Shown: positions 9,809 through 18,917, numbered from the stretch's first letter. The stretch is 64,000 nucleotides of DNA from Patescibacteria group bacterium (GCA_028688055.1 JAQTYZ010000004.1:33021-97020), one strand, 5' to 3'. Translations and numbers: made by a program. The notes: generated by a model from the sequence alone, not told the origin.

Positions 9809-10498
9809 TTACTTTATATAAAGTTTCTTATCCCCCAACAAAATAAACCAGGTTAAAACAATAACCATCGGCAAAGAAAGATATGCAACATACCATGGAT
9901 TATCAACCCCATAAATTAAAGGCAATATTACGCCCGGCAAAGTCCCAAAAATTGCCAATGATCCTGTAGCCAATAGTATAATTAAAGAATTTTTCTTTAT
10001 TAAACCTTGTGATTTAAAAAACTTTTTCATTAAAATATAAAATGCTATTAGCAAATACGAACAAAAAAATACTGAGTAATATACTCTGCCCGGCAGAGCG
10101 GAGCTAAAATTATTAAATGGGGGCATTAAAATAATATGATCCAAATATAAAGATGGGGTGATAATTATTATTATATCAATAAATAAACTAGCTACAATCA
10201 AAAATTTAAGATATGGCTTAATTTTAAATGATTGATATGGATAATAAATACAAAAAATAAAAAAGCTAACTGGAACCAATGATCCCGATAAGTTCTCAAA
10301 TATTGCCCAAAAAGTTGCCGCTGATAAATCAACCGATTCACGAAACATTGATTCTCCTAATGCCCATAATGCGAGAAGCATAAGGGATAATGCCAACATC
10401 AAATTGATCTTACTGTTTCTATTTCTCAACCATACCAATAAGCCGAGGAAAAAATTAAGAAAAGAAACTAAAATTTCACCAATGTTTATGGAATTCAT
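9809..10498 (-). CDS. Stand-alone multi-TM sensor-domain paralog.
   Basis: 229 aa. Aligns end-to-end with the 12220-12918 product. Confidence 0.6.
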   Translation of the reverse strand: MNSINIGEILVSFLNFFLGLLVWLRNRNSKINLMLALSLMLLALWALGESMFRESVDLSAATFWAIFENLSGSLVPVSFFIFCIYYPYQSFKIKPYLKFLIVASLFIDIIIIITPSLYLDHIILMPPFNNFSSALPGRVYYSVFFCSYLLIAFYILMKKFFKSQGLIKKNSLIILLATGSLAIFGTLPGVILPLIYGVDNPWYVAYLSLPMVIVLTWFILLGDKKLYIK

Positions 10499-10507
10499 AT
10501 CAAAATT

Positions 10508-10753
10508 TCACTTCAATTTTAATTTCATCGACAAAAATACTAGTCGAGCATGAAAATTCAACGAAAATTGAGTAGCCCTAAAATAATCTGAAAAAGACAT
10601 AAACATCCAAGTTAACAAAGCGACATTGGCTAATCCAAAACTAAAATAAATCTTAGTATTTTTAGCTCTGGAGATCAAAATTGAAGCTGTAATTAATAAT
10701 GCGAACATCATTGATGTATCAAGTAATAGTACCTCTTCAAAAAATAGTTTCAT
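10508..10753 (-). pseudogene. Internally deleted mini-paralog of the 7TM family (N-terminal helix fused to the C-terminal tail). Probably a pseudogene or mini-protein.
   Basis: 81 aa. The N-terminus (ISRAKNTKIYFSFGLANVALLTWMF) matches the paralogs. The C-terminal codons (VFLSMKLKLK) match the tail of the 12220-12918 product at DNA level. Confidence 0.4.
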
Positions 10754-10783
10754 AATAGATTAGTTATCCTTAATATTAAGAAT

Positions 10784-11908
10784 CTACCTAATCGACAAAT
10801 AACCAGCCCTCGTCCCTTGTTTCGAAAAAACTATCTGCCAAAGTTGTGTTTTCCTGGTTCTAAATAGAGCCGCCGAGGACAAAAGGTAATATTTCCACAT
10901 TCTATAAAATGTCTCATTGTAGCCTTCTTTTAAATTGTTCCAATTTTTATCAAAATTACTAAACCAGGCTAAAAGCGTTTTGTCGTAATCAAGACCAAAA
11001 TTATGCCAATCTTCCATAATAAATAATCCCTTCGACGACCGAATAATCTCTTCGGCAGCTGGTAACATTGAATTCGGGAAAATATACTTTAGTAACCAGG
11101 CATCCGAAATGGCTTTACTCTTGTTACATCCTATAGTGTGCAGTAAAAATAGTCCACCCATTTTCAAATTTTTATTCACAATAGACATATATGCTCTGTA
11201 ATTCTTGTTTCCAACATGTTCAAACATTCCTAAGGAAACAATATGATCAAACTTTTCATTAACCTCACGATAGTCTTGAAGTCGAATTTCTACCGGCAAA
11301 TCAGCACATATTCTATTACCTAAATCGACCTGCTCTTTTGAAACAGTTATTCCGACTACTGACACCCCATACTTTTCGGCTGCGTATTTTGCAAAACTGC
11401 CCCATCCGCAGCCAATATCTAAAATTTTTTGTCCTGACCTCAATTTTAACTTTCTGCACACCAAATCAAGTTTATTTTCCTGAGCTTCATCTATATTTTT
11501 AGCATCTTCCCAATATGCACACGTATAAACCATTCTTTTATCTAGCATTGCTTTATACAAATCATTTCCTATATCATAATGCTGCATACCGACATCAAAT
11601 GCATGGGAAACATCTTGTAAGTTTAAAAATTTTGCTCGAAAAATGCTAATAATTGTTTTCAAATTTTTTTTCAAATACTTATTAAGCCTGGCCTTAAAAA
11701 CTTTTTCGAAAAATTTGTCTAATTCCTTTACATCCCACCAACCAGCCATGTATGTTTCACCCATACCCAAAGTATTACCCGTCAAAAAACGCTGATAGAC
11801 CCTATCATCTTTAATTTGAATATCCCAAGACTTATCTCCGTTTACCTTAATTCCCGCTCCAGCAAGAAGCCCTTGGACTATTTTTTTATATTGGTTAAAA
11901 TTTATCAT
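10784..11908 (-). CDS. cfa: Cyclopropane-fatty-acyl-phospholipid synthase family methyltransferase.
   Basis: 374 aa. Collinear with E. coli Cfa across the catalytic core (LDIGCGWGSFAKYAAEKYGVSVVGITVS ... LQDYR ... FDHIVSLGMFEHVG ... LLHTIG ... YIFPN ... MEDWHNFG ... LWQIVFSK). Confidence 0.85.
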   Translation of the reverse strand: MINFNQYKKIVQGLLAGAGIKVNGDKSWDIQIKDDRVYQRFLTGNTLGMGETYMAGWWDVKELDKFFEKVFKARLNKYLKKNLKTIISIFRAKFLNLQDVSHAFDVGMQHYDIGNDLYKAMLDKRMVYTCAYWEDAKNIDEAQENKLDLVCRKLKLRSGQKILDIGCGWGSFAKYAAEKYGVSVVGITVSKEQVDLGNRICADLPVEIRLQDYREVNEKFDHIVSLGMFEHVGNKNYRAYMSIVNKNLKMGGLFLLHTIGCNKSKAISDAWLLKYIFPNSMLPAAEEIIRSSKGLFIMEDWHNFGLDYDKTLLAWFSNFDKNWNNLKEGYNETFYRMWKYYLLSSAALFRTRKTQLWQIVFSKQGTRAGYLSIR

Positions 11909-11949
11909 TTAGAATATATAACTTCTAATTATAATTAATAATTCATTTA

Positions 11950-12213
11950 TTAACCCCATCTTAACCTTGATGTCATCCATAAAAATACGTCCGCCATTAA
12001 AACTGGGTACAGCCAGACGATAAACTGACCGTAGAAATAAGTTCCGGTGAAATCAGCGACAAAATTGAAGATGCCACCGGCAAGACCGAAATTTAAATAA
12101 ACCTTATTGTTTTTAGATCTAGCAAGCAGTGTAAGAGATATAAAAAATGTTGCGACCATTAAAAAAATATCAACGAAAAAAATTCCAATTAATATATGCT
12201 TAAAAATATTCAT
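11950..12213 (-). pseudogene. Internally deleted mini-paralog of the 7TM family.
   Basis: 87 aa. The N-terminal helix (LARSKNNKVYLNFGLAGG) plus a C-terminal IVWLYPVLM segment match the two ends of the 12220-12918 product. Confidence 0.4.
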
Positions 12214-12219
12214 AATATT

Positions 12220-12918
12220 TCAAAACTTTATTTTAAATTTAATTTCATCAACAAAAATACCATAAGTCACAATTATCGGATATAGCCAAACAATAAAATC
12301 ACCATAGGGATAAATACCGAGCGTCTGAGGCAAAAAATTGGATCCTCCACCCAATGATAGTACAAGTGACCCAAGCAAAAGATAAAATGTCTTCTGCTTT
12401 ATTATGCCATCATTTGATGAATAAGCTACGTAAATCCAATAAATAGCCAAAAGCACATAAGCCCAGAAATAAACAATAAATAATGGATACCAACTGCCAG
12501 CATCGACCCAAGATGAAAAACCAAGTTTCGGCGATGAACCAGCAACTATTTTATCAGTAAAGCTCAAGGCTAAAAAAAATAAAGCTAAGAAATACCCTAA
12601 GCTTATTAAAACTATATTTTTTTTACTTCTAGCCTGATGGGTAAAACTCCAAATAAAATGTAAGAAAAAAATTGGGATAAAAGCGGCCGCCGCGTGTAAA
12701 ATTTTTGAGAAATAAACCCCTTCAGAACTCGTATCGCTCCCGATCAAAAAAAATAAACCGGTGGCCCAAAGTCCGATTGCAAGACAAAGTAAAAACCAAA
12801 ATTTTACCGTTAATGATTTTGGATTTTTTAAAATGCTAAACAGCCCTAATAGAAATGATAATACTGCCAGTAATCCGATACTAAATTCTAAAATTTGATT
12901 ACTCATCATAATTACCAA
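12220..12918 (-). CDS. Stand-alone multi-TM sensor-domain paralog. First gene of the minus-strand block.
   Basis: 232 aa. Homologous to the 9809-10498 product and to the kinase N-terminal domain. Confidence 0.6.
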   Translation of the reverse strand: MVIMMSNQILEFSIGLLAVLSFLLGLFSILKNPKSLTVKFWFLLCLAIGLWATGLFFLIGSDTSSEGVYFSKILHAAAAFIPIFFLHFIWSFTHQARSKKNIVLISLGYFLALFFLALSFTDKIVAGSSPKLGFSSWVDAGSWYPLFIVYFWAYVLLAIYWIYVAYSSNDGIIKQKTFYLLLGSLVLSLGGGSNFLPQTLGIYPYGDFIVWLYPIIVTYGIFVDEIKFKIKF

Positions 12919-12984
12919 AAAAGTATATTACAAAATATCTTAATTTTGACGGTTAAATTATACCACAAAACTATCATCTTTAGT

Positions 12985-13025
12985 AAATAAAAAAGCTCGA
13001 TTTCCCAGACTGGCAAAATCGAGCG
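12985..13025 (-). terminator. Rho-independent terminator downstream of the 13094-16828 gene.
   Basis: Minus strand has a GCTCGATTT/AAATCGAGC stem followed by TTTTTTATTT. Confidence 0.6.
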
Positions 13026-13093
13026 TCGCGCTTTGATTACGGCAAGGTTCGCGGTGATAATATCACCTCATTTTCGGCGTGGTCGGCAATTCC

Positions 13094-16000
13094 TCACGGC
13101 AGCGCGGGGTAGTTTCGCACCTCCAGGTAATCAAGGTTGATAGGTGTTTGGTTACCCCACTCATACCAACTACCGATCTCGTGCGCTCCGGCGGTCAAAT
13201 TGACCACCAGACTTGCTTCACCCCAGACATCCCATTGGTCTGGTCCGAGACTTGGCAGTGTCAACGTGTCGACCAACTGTCCGTCGACATAGATGTTGCG
13301 TGTCGCGTCGTCACTAGTGCCGTTGGCGTACCGGAATACCAGTTGGTATTGGCCGGCTTCAGGAATGGCGAGGGTAAAGTCCGCGCCACGGTTAGGGCTG
13401 TCAAAACCGTCAGCGAATCCGGTACCGGAGTAACCCCAGTGACCGGTGTTGATGCCAAGGCCCGTCAGGGTCGCCGCTTCGGCTTCAAGATGTTCAATCG
13501 GTGTCGCGACTTCAGTGACTTCCAGCGCGTCAAGGTTGATCGCCCCACCGTTCATCCAGTCTTGGACTAAGCCAATGGTGTGAGCGCCAGCGGTTAAATT
13601 CACGAGCACTTCGCTGTTGCCCCAGACGTCCCAGCTACTGCCAAGACCGAGGAAGGTTTGACGACTAAAATAGTCACAGTCAAGATAGACATTGCGGGTG
13701 GCCGGACTGGGGTCACCCCGGCTGTAGCGGAAACGTAAACGATAGGTGGCGTTCATTGGAACAGTGACGGCGAAATCAACGGCGTCACCAACACTTTCAT
13801 ATTGGTCGACAAAACCACTGCCAACATAATCAACGTGGTCAGTATCAACTGCGGTGTTGGTTAGTGAGGCCGTTTCGGCTTCCAAGCGTTGCCACCAATT
13901 GGGCAGTTGGGTCACTTCGAGGTAATCAAGATTGATCGCCCCGCTGTCAGACCACTCCGACGACAATTCAATCGTGTGAACACCGGCCGTCAGTGACCCT
14001 AATTGTGACGCGGTGCTCCAATCATCCCAAGTGCCAAGACTGGGAAATACCAGCGAGCTAAAATACTCGCCGTCAATCCAGATATGGCGAACCGCCGCGT
14101 CTGGGTAACCATTGGCGTAGCCGAAATCAAAGCGGTAGGTTCCGGCCAGCGGGACGTTAACCGTGAAACTGACAACATCACCAAAGCTTTCGAATTCATC
14201 GACAAAACCAATACCGCTGAAACCAGCGTGATCGGTGTCAACCGCGACGTTAGTCAATGTCGCCGCTTCGGCTTCAGACCGCTGGTGGTACATCAGCGTT
14301 GGATTGTTGAGCGTCAGCAGACAATGGCTAACGTCATTGTCCGTTCTGACATTTTGGACTGCATTGTCCGTATTGACCACGAGCCTTAAGTCGTACTGGC
14401 CGCTGGGAATTGAGCTGAAATCCAGCGTCGTTTCCCAGACTTCCCGTACCGCCAGTTGCGGTGCGAGTAATGACGCCACTAATGTGTCGTCGAGATAGAC
14501 TTCGTAGCGAAACGACGCGCAAGTGCTGTTGGCTTCGTTGCTCAGCGTCAGCGGCACCGCTGACGCGTCCACGTTCATGGTTGCCGGCAAATCCGACGCC
14601 GGATCAGTGAAGCGCACCACTTGCAGGTAGTCTTGGAAACTTCGATTGATACCTAGTAGCCCCAAGCTTGGCATGTCGCCATCAGCTTCAAACCAAACAC
14701 TGACGGCGACACTGGACGACAATAGGTAATCACTTCCGGTATGGAAGGTAACCGTGCAGAGAAACACTGTTGAGTAAGGCGCGATGTACGAAGGCAGTTG
14801 GTAGGTATTGGAATCCAACGTTGCCCAACTGCTGTTCACGGCAATACCGGAGTGACTACCAACAAAGTCAGTAATCGGATCGGCCGTATTGTTGAAGATG
14901 TAGTACGTCCGGGTGTAGGTTTGGTTTGGCAACAGCACAACAGGGCTATCGTAAGTAACGATGCTGACGTTCTGTCCCAAGGTCAGTGCCGCGCTACCCG
15001 CAGCGAGCACTACGCCGGTGGCTGAATACGCCGACACGTGAACCGTGACGGTTTGGCCGTTGCTCAGGTTGTAAATCGTGCACTGGGCATTCTGGAAATT
15101 GTTGTAGAAACTGCCGTTGACGCTGACGCGGTAGTAGGCCGCGCCGGCAATCGTTAACCAACTGGCATCCAAAGACAAAGTGCGGGGCTGCAAGACAACC
15201 TGCAAATTTTGCAGGGCGGGAGCGACAGGCAAGGTAACGGTCACGGTCGACGAGGTCGCCAAAACATTAGCGTTACCATCAACGGCCTCCAGGTGATAGC
15301 TATGCGAGGAGCTGGGAGCCAGGTTGCTCACCGTGAAGTCGAGCGTGGCTGGATTCAAGGTGCCGAGGTACTGGTTGTCTTGATAGACGCGATAGTACGA
15401 CGTACCAGTGACCGCACTGCCAGACAGGTAGACGGTGGTTGATGAAGTCTCGTTGGCGTAGAGGTTGAGACTGGTACCGTTGCCGGGGATGGTGGCATAG
15501 TGAAAACCTGCACTTAATGTTCCACGAACATCACTGTAGCCATAGACGGTGTCATAGACTAGATAGCCGTTGGCCATCTTTTGGACTGCCAACTGATGAC
15601 CGTTATAGTCATCCGTCGCATATTTTTCCTCCTCAACGGGACCGCCAAGTGTTCCCGAAGACATTTGGATATTTGGCCCACCGTAGGCTCTGTAGAAATC
15701 CCAGAGTTGACCATGAATGACGAAGGCTTTACTCTGGCTATGCTGAGAATCATACACTATTGCACACCCATTCAGAGAATCACCAGAGAAATTCTGAATC
15801 CAGCAACTACCCCATTGATGCGCCGCGACAGGACTAGCGTTGTCTGATACTGGCTCACCGACGAGTGAAGCTTTACCATTATCGTTAAAACAACTCACGA
15901 TAACAGGAGAGAGATCAGGACGCCAACCATTAACGGTTTCTCCAGGGCAAACAGAGTTTGACCATCCAGAGATTATGATAGAGTTGTTAGCGGTTAGATA

Positions 16001-16828
16001 CATCACCGCATGGCGAAAATCTTGACGCCAACCACTTCCATCTGAATAGAGAGGCGTGACAGCAAAGCCATATGACGACTCTCCGCCGCCGTTGGCCCAG
16101 GCTTGTCTTAAAGCTGTGTCAACTGGGTAGCGTCCACAAATTATGGGGCTGATGGTTAACACTCGGTCTAATCCGACCGAGGAAGGTGTATAAATAACAC
16201 CTTGGCCTGAGGTAGTGCCATTCCAGGTGGTATTGATGTTACCAAATGGATCATTGACTACTATTCTATAGTCATCAGTATAGCCAATGATTACCAGGTA
16301 ATGGCCATAGGTACTGGCTAAGTGACCAATTAATGGTCTACCGGCATCAATCTCTGATTTGATGGTAGACATCAGGCTGGAATAGATCCAAGCGCTACCT
16401 GTCGTTAACCCATGACGCTGGAGATATTCTACCGATGCTGAAGCATCAGCTTTCCAATCACCATCAATGGGCTTAACGATATAGCCATGCGCACCATACA
16501 CTACATGAGGATTGGTGTCATTTGAAGGATTCCAATCCCTAGCCCAGCTAGTCGTGTAGTCTTCACCGCTGACATCAGTACATCCCGAATATGCGTTGTA
16601 GACATACCATCCTTTGTAGCTGGACGGGTTGTCCGGTTGTAGGCCGTAGTAGCTCGTAATCATCACCGCACTTGTCGGCGCACACGCATTGTAACCAAGA
16701 AAGTCACCCTGATTCATATCCTGAACTTGATGGATGTAGGGAACATCCAATGTTACTGCCGCCGAGACTGAGCGACACACACCGACCAACATCAAAGACA
16801 CTAACATGACCATCAACTTAGCTTTCAT
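13094..16828 (-). CDS. Large secreted multidomain protein: signal peptide, C39-like (papain-like) peptidase domain, Ig/FN3-like beta region, then three tandem CBM6/CBM35-like (galactose-binding-like) repeats of about 130 aa.
   Basis: 1244 aa. AGGAG RBS 8 nt upstream. The N-terminus has a signal peptide, then YIHQVQDMNQGDFLGYNACAPTSAVM (Cys nucleophile context) and a later His/Asp. The C-terminal repeats carry LEAEAATLTNxAVDTDHxGxxGxGFVDxFESxGDxVxFxVxVP ... YRxxFRYANG ... NLTAGxHTIxL ... INLDYLEV. GC content is far above the flanks. Confidence 0.7.
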   Translation of the reverse strand: MKAKLMVMLVSLMLVGVCRSVSAAVTLDVPYIHQVQDMNQGDFLGYNACAPTSAVMITSYYGLQPDNPSSYKGWYVYNAYSGCTDVSGEDYTTSWARDWNPSNDTNPHVVYGAHGYIVKPIDGDWKADASASVEYLQRHGLTTGSAWIYSSLMSTIKSEIDAGRPLIGHLASTYGHYLVIIGYTDDYRIVVNDPFGNINTTWNGTTSGQGVIYTPSSVGLDRVLTISPIICGRYPVDTALRQAWANGGGESSYGFAVTPLYSDGSGWRQDFRHAVMYLTANNSIIISGWSNSVCPGETVNGWRPDLSPVIVSCFNDNGKASLVGEPVSDNASPVAAHQWGSCWIQNFSGDSLNGCAIVYDSQHSQSKAFVIHGQLWDFYRAYGGPNIQMSSGTLGGPVEEEKYATDDYNGHQLAVQKMANGYLVYDTVYGYSDVRGTLSAGFHYATIPGNGTSLNLYANETSSTTVYLSGSAVTGTSYYRVYQDNQYLGTLNPATLDFTVSNLAPSSSHSYHLEAVDGNANVLATSSTVTVTLPVAPALQNLQVVLQPRTLSLDASWLTIAGAAYYRVSVNGSFYNNFQNAQCTIYNLSNGQTVTVHVSAYSATGVVLAAGSAALTLGQNVSIVTYDSPVVLLPNQTYTRTYYIFNNTADPITDFVGSHSGIAVNSSWATLDSNTYQLPSYIAPYSTVFLCTVTFHTGSDYLLSSSVAVSVWFEADGDMPSLGLLGINRSFQDYLQVVRFTDPASDLPATMNVDASAVPLTLSNEANSTCASFRYEVYLDDTLVASLLAPQLAVREVWETTLDFSSIPSGQYDLRLVVNTDNAVQNVRTDNDVSHCLLTLNNPTLMYHQRSEAEAATLTNVAVDTDHAGFSGIGFVDEFESFGDVVSFTVNVPLAGTYRFDFGYANGYPDAAVRHIWIDGEYFSSLVFPSLGTWDDWSTASQLGSLTAGVHTIELSSEWSDSGAINLDYLEVTQLPNWWQRLEAETASLTNTAVDTDHVDYVGSGFVDQYESVGDAVDFAVTVPMNATYRLRFRYSRGDPSPATRNVYLDCDYFSRQTFLGLGSSWDVWGNSEVLVNLTAGAHTIGLVQDWMNGGAINLDALEVTEVATPIEHLEAEAATLTGLGINTGHWGYSGTGFADGFDSPNRGADFTLAIPEAGQYQLVFRYANGTSDDATRNIYVDGQLVDTLTLPSLGPDQWDVWGEASLVVNLTAGAHEIGSWYEWGNQTPINLDYLEVRNYPALP
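15322..15620. repeat. Copy 1 of a roughly 300-bp, about 94%-identical duplicated segment, lying inside the large secreted-protein gene.
   Basis: Direct alignment with 17840-18138 shows identical runs of 69 and 85 bp. Flanking homology continues at lower identity. Confidence 0.85.
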
Positions 16829-16982
16829 TGTACCAACTCCTTGTTGTTTGCCCTAAGACACAATCTTCACTTTTCAAAGAACTGACGTATAGGTTCATAC
16901 AGGAACCTTGATTGCCGCTATACAAAAAACATAGCATCGCACCAAACAAGGTGACTGTCGCGCTATGTTTTTTATTTATGTT

Positions 16983-17702
16983 TTAATTTATGTATTCTAT
17001 AGTTTGTAGAAAATTATTTTCAAGATTCTCTTTTCCATTAACACTTATATAATCATAATAGATATAATCGGAATCCGTCACATAAGGAGGTGCCTCAACT
17101 TTTTTGGAATAAACTAAATAATACATCTTTCCAATAAAGACACCAGCATGCTGACACATTTGACATGGACCAGACTGATCTGTAGTTTTGCAAGGCTGAC
17201 AAGGGCCATATTGGATAGCCAACTGATATGCATCAATATTATTATTCTGACCAACCAAAACTTTTGTGCGACTAATTAATTTGGTAGGTTCTCCAAAATC
17301 TTGTTTCCAGCCATACTTCACAATATAATCCTCAAGATTATCAGCGACCGGAAAAGCATCCCTAATGCTGCCTAAATGCATATATAGCGGCGTTGATGAC
17401 TTATCGTTATAACTTATATCAATGCTCGAACGGTCAGTTATAACATAAAGTTTATCATCCTTATCCTCAAACCTAAACTTAATTCCCCAATCTTTATTAG
17501 TATACGTTTTCCAACCATCCGCATCTTTAGTCAAAGTTATGTTTTCTTCCTTTAAGTCTGCAGTACTACTTGAAGTGTTAACATTTTGATTCACCGACTC
17601 ATTGGTATTAATCTTAACTGGTGGTTTTTTGTAGCATCCCGAAAGAATCGTGCTAAGGGCAAGGACGGTGAGTGTAAAAATTGTTAGTTTAAATTTGGAC
17701 AT
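16983..17702 (-). CDS. Lipoprotein, paralog A of three.
   Basis: 239 aa. Signal peptide with an LSGC lipobox, and a WKTYTNKDWGIKFRFEDK motif shared with the 19079-19723 and 22116-22769 products. Confidence 0.7.
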   Translation of the reverse strand: MSKFKLTIFTLTVLALSTILSGCYKKPPVKINTNESVNQNVNTSSSTADLKEENITLTKDADGWKTYTNKDWGIKFRFEDKDDKLYVITDRSSIDISYNDKSSTPLYMHLGSIRDAFPVADNLEDYIVKYGWKQDFGEPTKLISRTKVLVGQNNNIDAYQLAIQYGPCQPCKTTDQSGPCQMCQHAGVFIGKMYYLVYSKKVEAPPYVTDSDYIYYDYISVNGKENLENNFLQTIEYIN

Positions 17703-17732
17703 AATTTTGTAAAAAATAAAGCGCTTGAAGCG

Positions 17733-18917
17733 CTATGTTGGTAAAATGATGTTGTAGTAATTATCATCAGTAAATATATAGTGTTTAGGATAAAGTGTCA
17801 ACGGCCACGAGATAGTAGGTGGGGTTGAGCTTGGAGCTAGGTTGCTCACCGTGAAGTCGAGCGTGGCTGGATTCAAGGTACCGAGATACTGGTTGTCCTG
17901 ATAGACGCGATAGTACGACGTACCAGTGACTGCACTACCGGACAAGTAGACAGTGGTTGGTGATTGGGCCGTGGCGTAGAGGTTGAGACTGGTACCGTTG
18001 CCGGGGATGGTGGCATAGTGAAAACCTGCACTTAATGTTCCACGAGCATCGCTGTAGCCATAGACGGTGTCATAGACTAGATAGCCGTTGGCCATCTTTT
18101 GGACTGCCAACTGATGACCGTTATAGTCATCCGTCGCGTAGCGTTCTTGGTCGACTGGACCACCTAAATAACCAAGTACTGAAGTGTTGGCCTTAATGAA
18201 GTACCACAGTTGATTGTGGACTACGAACGCCTGGTTCGGGCTGTTAACAGTGTCATACAAAATGGCACATTCACCCAACGTGCCACCACTGAACATCTGG
18301 AACAGACAATTTGACACATTGGGCCAAACACTGACACGCCCGTCTGTGAAAGGCACCTCTAAATTAGCAACGGTGCATCCGATTTTTATGTTGTCACCGT
18401 TAGTGTGATAACAACACAAAAATTCCTTACAGTTGCTTCCATCCTGATTTCTGCCAACCATTAAACGGTAGAAATAAACTTGGTGATTAGGCTTTGTAGA
18501 GACGTAGGCATATGGGTCCCAATTATGATCCCTCACTTTAAAATCCTGGGGATCACTATAGTTGGAATCTACTACTTCATAGTAGCTTCCACTAATACCT
18601 GCGTAGACAGCGGAATGATAGATGTAGTAATCATCCCACTCATAGTTAATAGTTGGATTACTGGTCTGGATGATGTCACCAGACTGCAGAACCGATACTT
18701 CTGTAAAGCCTGCATCTAGATAGCAGTCATGATATCCAGCTCCCAGGGTACCCCCAATCTGACCAATAACAAACTGCACAAACTCCTTACAGGACCAGCC
18801 GTATTGACCAACATACGTCTTTGCCTTGTCAGCAATGTTGATGTTGGTCTGGGCAAACGCTTGACCAATACACATCATTATGACACAAACAAAAAAAACA
18901 ATCTGCTTATTTTTCAT
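17733..18917 (-). CDS. Secreted CHAP/NlpC-P60-like cysteine peptidase or amidase domain protein. Its C-terminal beta region is shared with the 13094-16828 protein.
   Basis: Start moved to MKNKQIVFF (AAGGAAGG RBS). Signal peptide, then a GWSCKEFVQ Cys and YHSAVY His (CHAP-like). A C-terminal roughly 130 aa is near-identical to an internal segment of the large protein. Confidence 0.6.
   Translation of the reverse strand: MKNKQIVFFVCVIMMCIGQAFAQTNINIADKAKTYVGQYGWSCKEFVQFVIGQIGGTLGAGYHDCYLDAGFTEVSVLQSGDIIQTSNPTINYEWDDYYIYHSAVYAGISGSYYEVVDSNYSDPQDFKVRDHNWDPYAYVSTKPNHQVYFYRLMVGRNQDGSNCKEFLCCYHTNGDNIKIGCTVANLEVPFTDGRVSVWPNVSNCLFQMFSGGTLGECAILYDTVNSPNQAFVVHNQLWYFIKANTSVLGYLGGPVDQERYATDDYNGHQLAVQKMANGYLVYDTVYGYSDARGTLSAGFHYATIPGNGTSLNLYATAQSPTTVYLSGSAVTGTSYYRVYQDNQYLGTLNPATLDFTVSNLAPSSTPPTISWPLTLYPKHYIFTDDNYYNIILPT
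17840..18138. repeat. Copy 2 of the duplicated segment, lying inside the CHAP-like gene.
   Basis: See copy 1. Confidence 0.85.

Noticed and set aside
13079-16025. Numerous 60-160-codon ORFs on the plus strand and in alternative frames inside the large GC-rich gene (for example 13079-13570, 14084-14389, 15209-15442).
   Set aside because: They are antisense or out-of-frame artefacts of high GC content lying within a well-supported 1244-codon gene. No RBS or homology supports them.
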